64,000 nucleotides of DNA from assembly GCA_965221775.1 (NCBI GenBank), contig CBDCSU010000004.1, positions 160,001 through 224,000 of the forward strand. The letters are read 5' to 3'. Below, piece after piece: positions 45,003 through 54,280 of this stretch; the stretch's first letter is position 1, and each line of letters begins with the position of its first letter. The notes beneath the pieces are model-generated. The model was not told the DNA's origin. It did not search any database and saw nothing but the letters and a program-made list of their open reading frames with translations. This DNA is from Candidatus Latescibacterota bacterium (GTDB lineage: Bacteria; Latescibacterota; UBA2968; UBA8231). Position numbers and translations under genes: made by a program.

Positions 45003-48000
45003 GTGAAGAAGCTCATCACCTTCGTTGCGGCCGGGGCCCTGCTGGGTGCCACCGGTGCCGTGGAGGGCCGCGGCCTCCTGGCCTACGGGGCGGCCAAGGC
45101 CGCTCAGGACGAGACCATATCCGGCCAGCAGGCCCTGATCAACGTCAACAACATGTCCATGTGGTTCAAGCGCGACGGCTGGTCGGGCCGCAATCCGCTG
45201 AATGACAACTCTGGTGTGACCTTCCCGCGGTCCACGGGGGCGGTCATTTTCCAGGACGGCCTGATCTGGGGAGGCATCGTCAAGGACGGCAATCCCCAGG
45301 AGTTGCGCGTCGGCGGCCAGACCTACGAGATCGGCACCGTTCCGGGCCGCATCATCAGCAGGGGCGAGGCCGAGAATCGGGACGACCCGGGGGTGCGCAT
45401 CTACCGGATCCGCCGGGACTACCAGACCGCGGACCTGCGTCTCGACGCCTCGGAGATCCGGGGGGTGGCTCTGGGTGCGGTGACCGACGAGCACGTCGAG
45501 GGATTGCGCGCCGAGTACGAGCGAGACTGGCGCGAGTGGCCCTGGGAGAAGGGGGCGCCCTTCTATGACAACGACGGGGACGGCTCCTACGACCCGGACG
45601 TGGACGAACCCGGGGTGGCCGGGGCCGACCAAGTGGCCTGGTTCGTCGTCAACGACCTCGACGAGGGAGCCACCCAGTCCCTCTACGGCTCCCAGCCCAT
45701 CGGCGTGGAGGTGCAGATGCTGTTCTGGGCGTATGCCCGCACCGACGCCCTGGGTGACGTGATCTTCAAGAAGTACAGCGTCATCTACAAGGGCACCGCC
45801 GACACCCCGGACACGGCCCGCATCGAGGACATGTACTTCGCCCAGTGGTCCGACCCCGACCTCGGCGACTACGGAGACGACTTCGCGGGGGCCGACGTCG
45901 ATCTGAGTCTGGGATACGTGTACAACTCCACGGACCACGATCACAGCTACGACCGCTTCGGGCTGGCGCCTCCGGCCGTGGGCTACGACTTCCTCCAGGG
46001 GCCCGTGGTGCCGGTCTTCCTCAAGGACGAGAACGGCGACACCGTCCTCGACGAGCAGGGCGAGCCCGTCCTCGACGGGAGTTCGCGGGCGATCTTCAAC
46101 TTCGGACTGCGCCCCGGGTTCCAGAACCTGCCGATGACCTCCTTCGTGTACTTCGCCGCAGGCTCGGCGATCAGCGACCCGGACCTGGGCGACTACGTGG
46201 GCACGCAACAGTGGTACAACCTCTTGCGCGGCTATCAGCCGCAGCCCGACATCGACAACCCGGTGCCATACACCAACCCCCTGACGGGCGAGGCCACCTT
46301 CTTCACCCTCGACGGCGATCCGACCACCGCCCAGGGCTGGAACGACGGCGTCCCCCTGCCCTCGGGAGACCGGCGCATCGTGCTGAATACGGGGCCCTTC
46401 CAGATGGCCCTGGGCGATACGCAGGAGGTGGTGGTGGCCCTGCTGGGCGGCATCTCCACCGACCGCCTGCGCAGCGTCTCCAAGCTCAAGTTCAGCGATC
46501 AGTTCGTGCAGGACGCGTACAACAACTTCTTCGAGGTGCCCTCGCCGCCGGCGGGACCGGACGTGCGGGTTTCCGAGCTTGACGGGAGGGTCCTGCTCGA
46601 CTGGAGCTGGAACGCGGAGGCGATCGTTCAGACGGAGGGCGATGACGGTTCGGGGTTCCTCTTCGAGGGGTACAACCTCTACCAGCTGCCATCAGCCGAG
46701 GCCCCCCTGGACCAGGGGACGCGCCTGGGCACCTACGACCTGGAGAACGGGGTCGCCTCCATTCTCGGCATCGCTCTCGACGACGAGTCGGGCGTCATCC
46801 TGGAGGTGCCCCTGCAGGTCGGGTCCGATTTCGGCGTCCGGCGCAGGGTGTGGGTGACCCAGGACGCCCTGCGCGGAGGCCCCCTGGTCAACGGCCAGGA
46901 GTACTACTTCGCCGTCACCGCGTACAACCGCAACACCGCCGAAGGGGCCGCGGTGACCACCTTGGAGAGCAGCCCCAGGACACTGATCTGCGTGCCCCGC
47001 AAGCCGGCCCTGGGGACCCGGTACGGCACCGAGGCGGACGAGAGCATAGCCGTCGAGCACGCCGGAGGCAGCGAAGGCAGCGTGGAGGTCGTGGTGGTGG
47101 ATCCGACCCGAACGACCGGGGATTCCTACCAGGTGGTGTTCGGGGAGAAGGAAGGGGCCGTGGTCTGGAGCCTGGTCAACACGACCTCGGGCGAGACGGT
47201 CCTGGTGGATCAGAGCCAGACCGGCACGTCCATGTACATGCCCGAGCACGGGTTCGAACTCATGGTCGCCGACGCCCCTCTCGCCATCAAGGAGTTGGCC
47301 TGGCTGCGGGACGGAGAGCCGAATGACGACGACCGCTGGCTCACCGGGGTCAACTGGGGAGGCAGGTCCTTTGGCGGAGGTGTGGACATCGGGGCGTTTT
47401 TCTTCGGCAGTTCCATCGTCACGGGGGCCGACCTCATCGCCGTCGAACTCCGCTTCAGTACCACCAATACCCAGAAAGCCTACCGCTACCTGAGAGGGGG
47501 CGACCCCAACTACGGGTTCCAGGACTTTGTCGAGGTGCCATTCACGGTATGGGATATCGACAGCGATCCGCCCCGGCAACTGAATGCCGGCTTCGTGGAG
47601 AACAGCGGTTCCACCTCGGAAGACCAGACCTGGCTCCCCGCCAACACGGAGGAAGACCGCAACCTGGGAGGGCGCGAGTACCTCTTCCTCTTCAAGAGCG
47701 ACTACAGCGACCAGCCCCTGGACCGCTACTCGACCATGAGCATACTGGGTGACGCCGGGGCTTTCGACGTACTCTACGCCGGGTGGCTGAAGCTGCGGGA
47801 CGAGCACGACAGCTCCGAGTTGGCCGATGGCCAGGTCATGCGCTTCACGCCTTACCGCGTCAACACCAAGGAGGACGTCTTCCGCTTCGAGGTGCCCGGA
47901 GCCCTCTTCGATGGCGATCTGCAGAAAGAGGATGTGGCCCTCATCAACGTCTTTCCCAATCCCTACTACGGGGTCAACGAGGCCGAGGTTTCTCCTTACA

Positions 48001-48251
48001 GCCACTTCGTGACCTTCAGCCACCTGCCGCAGAGGGCGACGGTCCGGCTCTACGACCTGGCCGGCAACCTCGTGCGGGTCCTGGAGAAGAGCGATCCCGA
48101 CCCGTTCCTGCGCTGGGATCTGAACAATCACAACGGCCTGCCGGTGGCCAGCGGCATCTACCTCGCTCACGTGGAGTTGCCCGACGTCGGCAAGAACCGG
48201 ACCCTGAAAGTAGTCGTCGTGCAGGAACAGCAGTTCCTGGAGAGCTATTGA
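45003..48251 (+). CDS. Large exported protein with C-terminal T9SS-sorting/FlgD-like domain
   Basis: Signal peptide, DNDGDG loop, WSDPDLG, FEGYNLYQ and YYFAVTAY (Fn3-like); C-terminal VFPNPYY..FSHLP..WDL.N.NGLPVASGIY. Confidence 0.8.
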   Translation: MKKLITFVAAGALLGATGAVEGRGLLAYGAAKAAQDETISGQQALINVNNMSMWFKRDGWSGRNPLNDNSGVTFPRSTGAVIFQDGLIWGGIVKDGNPQELRVGGQTYEIGTVPGRIISRGEAENRDDPGVRIYRIRRDYQTADLRLDASEIRGVALGAVTDEHVEGLRAEYERDWREWPWEKGAPFYDNDGDGSYDPDVDEPGVAGADQVAWFVVNDLDEGATQSLYGSQPIGVEVQMLFWAYARTDALGDVIFKKYSVIYKGTADTPDTARIEDMYFAQWSDPDLGDYGDDFAGADVDLSLGYVYNSTDHDHSYDRFGLAPPAVGYDFLQGPVVPVFLKDENGDTVLDEQGEPVLDGSSRAIFNFGLRPGFQNLPMTSFVYFAAGSAISDPDLGDYVGTQQWYNLLRGYQPQPDIDNPVPYTNPLTGEATFFTLDGDPTTAQGWNDGVPLPSGDRRIVLNTGPFQMALGDTQEVVVALLGGISTDRLRSVSKLKFSDQFVQDAYNNFFEVPSPPAGPDVRVSELDGRVLLDWSWNAEAIVQTEGDDGSGFLFEGYNLYQLPSAEAPLDQGTRLGTYDLENGVASILGIALDDESGVILEVPLQVGSDFGVRRRVWVTQDALRGGPLVNGQEYYFAVTAYNRNTAEGAAVTTLESSPRTLICVPRKPALGTRYGTEADESIAVEHAGGSEGSVEVVVVDPTRTTGDSYQVVFGEKEGAVVWSLVNTTSGETVLVDQSQTGTSMYMPEHGFELMVADAPLAIKELAWLRDGEPNDDDRWLTGVNWGGRSFGGGVDIGAFFFGSSIVTGADLIAVELRFSTTNTQKAYRYLRGGDPNYGFQDFVEVPFTVWDIDSDPPRQLNAGFVENSGSTSEDQTWLPANTEEDRNLGGREYLFLFKSDYSDQPLDRYSTMSILGDAGAFDVLYAGWLKLRDEHDSSELADGQVMRFTPYRVNTKEDVFRFEVPGALFDGDLQKEDVALINVFPNPYYGVNEAEVSPYSHFVTFSHLPQRATVRLYDLAGNLVRVLEKSDPDPFLRWDLNNHNGLPVASGIYLAHVELPDVGKNRTLKVVVVQEQQFLESY

Positions 48252-48262
48252 GGAGACCTGTC

Positions 48263-49291
48263 ATGATTCGGATCGAAAAGAGCGTCAACCTCCTCCTGGC
48301 GGGCCTTCTCATCCTGGGCGCCACACAGGCAGACGCAGCGGGACGTGACCGCATCGGCACCTCCGCGGCGCCCGAGCTGCTGATTCCGGTGGGAGCCCGC
48401 GACATGGCCCTCGGGGGGGCATCGATCGCCACCACCTCGGGGGTCGAGGCCCTGCACTGGAACCCGGCGGGACTGTTCCGGTCCACCAACAGCGTCGACC
48501 TGATGCTGTCGACCATGGACTACATCGCCGGGATCCAGGTCAACTACCTCGCCGTGGGCAGCCACTTCTCCGGTCTCGGCAACCTCGCCCTGAGCCTCAA
48601 GTCGCTGGACATGGGCGACATCCCGATCACCACCGAGAGCCAGCCCGACGGGACGGGGGGCAGCTTCAAGCCGACCTTCCTCACCGTGGGGCTCCACTAC
48701 GGCCGCGGCCTGACGGACCGCATCGGCCTGGGCACGACCCTGCACTACATCACCAACCGGGTCGACCGCGCCGAAGCGACGGGTATCTCCTTCAGCGCCG
48801 GTCTCCAGTACCTCGACCTGGCCAACATCGAGGGACTCGACTTGGGCGTGGCGGTAAAGCATATCGGCCAGCGAATGAGGTTCGAAGGGCCGGCCCTGTT
48901 GAACCAGGGTCACCTGAACTCGCTGCGGCGCGGCCCTTCCTTCTACAACGTCCAGGCGAGCTCGGCCGACCTGCCCTCGATCTTCGAGCTGGGCCTGGCC
49001 TGGAGCCACCAGCTGCCGGGGATGGCAGAGCTGAACCTCAGCTCCGTCTTCCAGCACCAGAACTACAGCTACGACCAGTACAAGCTGGGAGCCGAGTACG
49101 AGTACAACGACTTCCTGGCCTTGCGCGGCGGCTTCGACTACGCCGCCGACGCCGAGGACGACACCTACCTCTTCGGCAACAGCTTCGGCCTGGGGCTGGC
49201 CTTCGGCCCCGCCGCCCGCCTCGACTACGCCTACGGCGGCGTCGAGCGCTTCGACGCGCTTCACACCTTCACCTTCCAACTGGGCTTCTGA
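48263..49291 (+). CDS. PorV/PorQ family outer-membrane beta-barrel
   Basis: GTSAAPELLIPVGARDMALG, ALHWNPAGL, GAEYEY..LALRGG and terminal aromatic residue (QLGF). Confidence 0.82.
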   Translation: MIRIEKSVNLLLAGLLILGATQADAAGRDRIGTSAAPELLIPVGARDMALGGASIATTSGVEALHWNPAGLFRSTNSVDLMLSTMDYIAGIQVNYLAVGSHFSGLGNLALSLKSLDMGDIPITTESQPDGTGGSFKPTFLTVGLHYGRGLTDRIGLGTTLHYITNRVDRAEATGISFSAGLQYLDLANIEGLDLGVAVKHIGQRMRFEGPALLNQGHLNSLRRGPSFYNVQASSADLPSIFELGLAWSHQLPGMAELNLSSVFQHQNYSYDQYKLGAEYEYNDFLALRGGFDYAADAEDDTYLFGNSFGLGLAFGPAARLDYAYGGVERFDALHTFTFQLGF

Positions 49292-52200
49292 GTCCAGCCC
49301 GGCTTCTGCAACGGCCGCCGGTCCCCTGGGGAACCGGCGGCCGGGCCGTCGCTGTCCTGCTCCTGGTCCTCCTGCCAGGGGGGGATGCCGGGGCCCAGTC
49401 CCAGGCGACCACCGGGGTGATCCGGGGTCTGGTGCGGGACCAGTTCGGCACCCCCGTGGCCGGGGCCGAGGTCACCCTCCGGGAGACGGGGACCAACTAC
49501 GAACGCAGCCTCGCCTCGTCGGACCTCGGGCGGTTCACCGCGTCCCTGCTGCCCCTCGGTGCCTACGGCGTGACCGTGCGGTCCCCCGGCTGGAGCGAGG
49601 TCCGCCGGACCGGGGTGCGGGTGCGGGTGGGGGAGACGGTGGAGCTGACGATCACGCTCCTTCCGCAGATGGAGGCGGTCGTCGTCGAGGCCGCGGCGCC
49701 GGCGGTGGACGTCACCCGGAGCGGGCCGGCCACGCGCCTGCCCGAGGAGGCCGTGGGGGAGCTGCCCAACAACGGCCGCAACTTCCTCGACCTGACGCTG
49801 CTGACCCCGGGGGCGGCGATCGTCCAGGGGCCCGACGGAGACGAGCTGAGCATCGCCGGCCAGCGGGGCATCCACAACAACATCTCCGTCGACGGCGCCG
49901 ACTTCAACAACCCCTTCTTCGGCGAGCAGCGCGGCGGCCAGCGCCCGGCCTTCACCTTCAACCTCGACGCCGTGCAGGAGATGGTCGTCGTCCCTCAGGG
50001 GGCCAACGCCGAGTTCGGCCGCTCCAGCGGCGGCTTCGTCAACGTCATCACCAAGTCGGGGGGCAACGACCTGGGCGGCTCCCTGCACCTCTTCGGCAAG
50101 AGCTCGGCCCTGTCGGGCATGGCGAGGCATGACGGCCTGGAGCGGGAGCCGGACTTCGGCCAGGGCCAGTTCGGATTCACCCTCGGGGGGCCGCTGAAGA
50201 GGGACCGCGCCTTCTTCTTCGCCGCCTACGACCAGCAGGTCCTGCGGGATACGCGCCAAGCCGACGCCGGGCGCATCGACCCCCGGTTGCGCGCCTTCAT
50301 GGACTCGAGCTTCGACGGCGTCCTCGCCGGCGACTACGGCCCCATCGACCGCACCGACGACGCCCGCGCCCTCCTCGCCAAGGTCGACTGGCACCTCTCC
50401 CACCGCCACTACGCCACCCTCAAGTACAACTACACCTGGTCCGAGCAGGTGAACGGCACCTTCGATGTCGACTCCTGGGCGCGCAGCGCCAACGCCGTGG
50501 AGAGGGACTGGTCCCACGCCTTCAACGGCAGCCTGGTCTCGCTGCTGCCGGCGGCGGCGACCAACGAGTTCCGCTTCCAGCTCTCCCGCGAGGACCGGCC
50601 GCGGCCCTACCGGGGGCCGGACAACCCGCGCACCGGGCGGCCCTTCCCGGACACGGCCATGGACTTCGAACACGGCTACCGCTTCGGGATGCCCTACTTC
50701 ATCCCCGTGGAGTACTACGACACTCGCGTACAACTGCTGAACAACGTCTCCCTGGCCCGGGGCGATCACCTGATCAAGGCGGGGATCGAGTGGAACCGGG
50801 TCGAGTCGGTGCAGACCTTCATCGGCTTCGCCAACGGCCGCTACATCTTCAGTTCGGTGGACGGCTTCCTGAACTTCGCCGACCAGGGCAACGGCTACGT
50901 GGAGTGCTCCGACGGCAGTGCGGGCGCAGACGGGGCCTGCCCCGCGGGCACCGAGATCACGGGCCCCGTCCTGGTCTACCTGCAGCAGTCCGGCGTCGGC
51001 GGCCTCACCGTGGAGCAGGCCGGCACCCAGCGGATCCCCCAGCACGAGGTCGCCCTCTTCGCGCAGGACAGCTGGAAGGCCACGGACCGGCTCACCGTCG
51101 ACTGCGGCCTGCGCTGGGAGGCGCAGATCCAGCCCGATCCGATCACCGATCCGGAAGACGTGTTCTTCTCCGAGTTCATCGGCCGCGCAGTGACCAACGA
51201 GACCGGGAGCTACGAGTTCCCCTCCGACGGCCGCATCCCCTCCGACCTGGACATGCTCCAGCCGCGCCTGGGCGTGGCCTGGGACGTGCATGGGGACAGC
51301 CGGACCCTGGTGCGCGCCAGCGCCGGCCTCTACCACGCCCGCATCCCCGGTCTCAACCTGGCCAGCTCGCGCTCGACCAACGGCTCCCGCGGGCAGTCGA
51401 TCTTCCGCTCCAGCGCCCTGACGCCGGTCCTGGGGCCGCCGCCGCCCTTCGGCGAGCTGCTGCCCTCGCCCGCCGGCGATCCCTTCCGCCCCAACATCTA
51501 CGTCTTCCACCGCGACTTCGAGAATCCGCGCACCCTCAGCGCCCATGTGGGGCTCGAACGCGAGCTGCACCCCTCGGGCCTGGTGGGCTCCGTCGACTAC
51601 ACCCATGCCCGCGCCGACCACCTGACACGCTTCGTCAACCACAACGACGCCGTCTTCGGCTCCCCCTGGGCCGCGGGCCTGGGGGCCGACGGCGGCAACG
51701 GCCTCGGCGACCTCACCGTGGTGGAGAGCACGGCGCGCTCGCGCTACCACGGCCTCGGCCTCGGCCTGCGGCGCACGGCGGGGGAGGGGATGCGGTTCCA
51801 GGTCAACTACACCCTCTCGTGGGACAAGTCCGACGACGACAACGAGCGCGACCCCTTCACCTTCCGCTACGTCGACCCGACGCGGCTGGAGCGCGAGTGG
51901 GGCTGGTCCGACCGCGACCAGCGCCACCGCCTCAACGCCTGGGCCCTGGCGCCGCTGCCCGGCGGGTTCCTCGTCAACCACCGCCTGAGCTGGTACTCGG
52001 CGCAGCCCGTCTCCGAGGCCTGCGGCGACGACAACCGCGGCCTGGGGCGGGCGGCGGTCAACCCCTGGGGCGCCCTCTCCGACCGCATCTGCGGCGACGG
52101 CACCATCCTCCGGCGCAACATCCTGCGCAAGGAGCGGGGGTTCTTCTCGTGGGACGTGCGCCTGACGCGGCCCATCCCGTTGGCAGACGGACGCCTGGAG

Positions 52201-52347
52201 GCGATCGTCGAGGTCTTCAACCTCCTCGACACCGACAACTACCGCGAGCCGTCGAGCGCCGGTCTGCTCTTCAACTTCGACGGCACCGTGCAGTCGGGCC
52301 TGGGGGACCCCCGCGAGGTGCAGCTCGGCCTGCGCTGCGCCTGGTAG
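49288..52347 (+). CDS. TonB-dependent receptor (Oar-like), start uncertain
   Basis: LPNNGRNFLDL, VDGADFNN, AEFGRSSGG.VNVITKSG, QDSWK, PRLGVAWD, FNLLD and PREVQLGLR. The first canonical start is GTG 49417, but an in-frame signal peptide lies upstream of it. Confidence 0.85.
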   Translation: MSPARLLQRPPVPWGTGGRAVAVLLLVLLPGGDAGAQSQATTGVIRGLVRDQFGTPVAGAEVTLRETGTNYERSLASSDLGRFTASLLPLGAYGVTVRSPGWSEVRRTGVRVRVGETVELTITLLPQMEAVVVEAAAPAVDVTRSGPATRLPEEAVGELPNNGRNFLDLTLLTPGAAIVQGPDGDELSIAGQRGIHNNISVDGADFNNPFFGEQRGGQRPAFTFNLDAVQEMVVVPQGANAEFGRSSGGFVNVITKSGGNDLGGSLHLFGKSSALSGMARHDGLEREPDFGQGQFGFTLGGPLKRDRAFFFAAYDQQVLRDTRQADAGRIDPRLRAFMDSSFDGVLAGDYGPIDRTDDARALLAKVDWHLSHRHYATLKYNYTWSEQVNGTFDVDSWARSANAVERDWSHAFNGSLVSLLPAAATNEFRFQLSREDRPRPYRGPDNPRTGRPFPDTAMDFEHGYRFGMPYFIPVEYYDTRVQLLNNVSLARGDHLIKAGIEWNRVESVQTFIGFANGRYIFSSVDGFLNFADQGNGYVECSDGSAGADGACPAGTEITGPVLVYLQQSGVGGLTVEQAGTQRIPQHEVALFAQDSWKATDRLTVDCGLRWEAQIQPDPITDPEDVFFSEFIGRAVTNETGSYEFPSDGRIPSDLDMLQPRLGVAWDVHGDSRTLVRASAGLYHARIPGLNLASSRSTNGSRGQSIFRSSALTPVLGPPPPFGELLPSPAGDPFRPNIYVFHRDFENPRTLSAHVGLERELHPSGLVGSVDYTHARADHLTRFVNHNDAVFGSPWAAGLGADGGNGLGDLTVVESTARSRYHGLGLGLRRTAGEGMRFQVNYTLSWDKSDDDNERDPFTFRYVDPTRLEREWGWSDRDQRHRLNAWALAPLPGGFLVNHRLSWYSAQPVSEACGDDNRGLGRAAVNPWGALSDRICGDGTILRRNILRKERGFFSWDVRLTRPIPLADGRLEAIVEVFNLLDTDNYREPSSAGLLFNFDGTVQSGLGDPREVQLGLRCAW
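49312..49343. other. GC-rich inverted repeat after the PorV-like gene
   Basis: CGGCCGCCGGT...ACCGGCGGCCG 11-bp perfect stem; no U-tail. Confidence 0.5.
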
Positions 52348-52348
52348 C

Positions 52349-53584
52349 GTGGAACGCCTCGTCAGCCTCCTCGGCCTGCTGGTGATGGTCGCCCTGACCT
52401 TCGCCTTGAGCGCCGACCGCCGCCGCGTCGACCTGCGCCTGGTGGCGGCCGGGGTGGGGTTGCAGTTCGTCCTGGCCCTGCTCGTGCTCAAGACGGGGCC
52501 GGGACAGGTCCTCTTCGCCCACGCCGGCGCCTTCTTCACCGGCCTTCTGGGCTACGTCGACTTCGGCTCCCGCTTCGTCTTCGGCGACGCCTTCGAGGAC
52601 CACTTCTTCGCCTTCAAGGTCCTGCCCACGATCATCTTTTTCTCCGCCCTCATGAGCGTCCTCTACCACCTCGGCGTGATGCCGCCGGTGGTGGCGGGCT
52701 TCGCCTGGGTCATGCGCCGCAGCCTGCGCACCTCCGGTGCCGAGAGCCTGGCGGCGGCGGCCAACATCTTCGTGGGCCAGACCGAGGCGCCGCTGGTGGT
52801 GCGCCCCTACGTGGCCGCCATGACCCGCTCCGAGCTGACGGCTCTCATGGTGGGCGGCTTCGCCACCATCGCCGGCGCCGTGCTGGCCGCCTTCGTGGGC
52901 CTGGGGATCGACGCCGCGCACCTGCTGGCGGCGTCGGTGATCTCGGCCCCGGCGGCGCTCATGGCCGCCAAGGTGATGGAGCCGGAGGTGGAGACGCCGG
53001 AGACCCTGGGGCGGGCGGCGGTCCGGGTGGAGGGCACCGCCGACAACGTGGTGGAGGCGGCGGCCAACGGCACCCTGGACGGCCTGCGGCTGGCCCTCAA
53101 CGTGGCGGCCATGCTCATCGCCGCCCTGGGGCTGATCGCCCTCCTCGACGGCGCCCTGGGCTGGGCGGGCCGGGGCGCGGGCTGGGTCCTCGGCCTGGAG
53201 GGGATGGAGTGGTCCCTGTCGGCGGCCCTGGGCTACCTCTTCGCCCCCTTCGCCTGGCTCATGGGCATCGAGGCCGCCGACTGCCTGCGCGCCGGCGAGC
53301 TGCTGGGCAAGAAGATGGTGGCCAACGAGTTCGTCTCCTACGTACAGTTGAGCCAGTGGATGCAGCCCGGCTCGGGAGTGGAGCTGAGCCAGCGCTCGGT
53401 GGTCATCCTGACCTACGCCCTGTGCGGCTTCGCCAACTTCAGCAGCATCGGCATCCAGATCGGCGGCATCGGCGGCATCGCCCCGGAGCGAAGGGGCGAC
53501 CTGGCGCGCCTCGGATTCCGCGCCATGCTCGGCGGCACCCTGGCCTGCTTCATGACCGCCTGCGTGGCGGGCATCCTGCTGTAG
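52349..53584 (+). CDS. nupC: NupC/CNT family nucleoside transporter
   Basis: FAFKVLPTIIFFS, NIFVGQTEAP, GFATIAG, ANEFVSY and YALCGFANFSSIGI. Confidence 0.92.
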   Translation: MERLVSLLGLLVMVALTFALSADRRRVDLRLVAAGVGLQFVLALLVLKTGPGQVLFAHAGAFFTGLLGYVDFGSRFVFGDAFEDHFFAFKVLPTIIFFSALMSVLYHLGVMPPVVAGFAWVMRRSLRTSGAESLAAAANIFVGQTEAPLVVRPYVAAMTRSELTALMVGGFATIAGAVLAAFVGLGIDAAHLLAASVISAPAALMAAKVMEPEVETPETLGRAAVRVEGTADNVVEAAANGTLDGLRLALNVAAMLIAALGLIALLDGALGWAGRGAGWVLGLEGMEWSLSAALGYLFAPFAWLMGIEAADCLRAGELLGKKMVANEFVSYVQLSQWMQPGSGVELSQRSVVILTYALCGFANFSSIGIQIGGIGGIAPERRGDLARLGFRAMLGGTLACFMTACVAGILL

Positions 53585-53595
53585 GAGGGACTGTC

Positions 53596-54276
53596 ATGGA
53601 TCGACCACCAGACCCCGCGGCCCGAACCGCGGGCTGGCTGCTCCTGATCACCGCCGCCGCCAGCGTCCTGGCGGTCATCGGCCGGGTCGGGGCCACCGAG
53701 CTGGCGCCGCTGCACCAGTCGCTGGCCGCCATCAGCGACAGGCGCGGGCTCTACGGGACCGGCGGCGCGGCGCGGTTGCTCTCCGGGTGCGCGCTGTATG
53801 CGGCGGCATGGTCCTTGTTGCGGACCTGGATCATGCGCCGCGGACTCGGCTCACGGCCGGTACCCGTGCTGCTGGCGACTTCCGGAGCGGCCACCGCCAT
53901 CTCCGGCGCATCGGCCGTCGCCCTGGCAGCCACCGCGCCGCAGCCCGACTTCCTGGGCTACCTGGACTGGTCGCATCCCGCGATCATGTTGATGCACATC
54001 ACCTGGGTCACCGGCAAGGCCGGGTTCAGCCTGGCCGGTCTGGCGCTGCTGGCGGCGGCGCACCGGCAGTGGCGCGCCGGGGGCTTCCTGCAACCGATCG
54101 CCCCGGTCTCGGCGATCATCGGCGCCGGCATGCAGCTGATCTGGGTCGAGGCCGCGGTGGCGGCCCACTACCTCGCCGGGCCCGCCTTCGTGCTGTGGCT
54201 GGCGGCCATCGGCGTGCTGCTGGTGACCGGCCGCGTGGAACAGCGGTTCACCGTCCTGGCCGAGGAGGAGTCCTGA
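53596..54276 (+). CDS. Hypothetical membrane protein (~6 TM)
   Basis: AGGAGG RBS, ATG 53596, and several hydrophobic segments. Confidence 0.6.
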   Translation: MDRPPDPAARTAGWLLLITAAASVLAVIGRVGATELAPLHQSLAAISDRRGLYGTGGAARLLSGCALYAAAWSLLRTWIMRRGLGSRPVPVLLATSGAATAISGASAVALAATAPQPDFLGYLDWSHPAIMLMHITWVTGKAGFSLAGLALLAAAHRQWRAGGFLQPIAPVSAIIGAGMQLIWVEAAVAAHYLAGPAFVLWLAAIGVLLVTGRVEQRFTVLAEEES

Positions 54277-54280
54277 GAAA

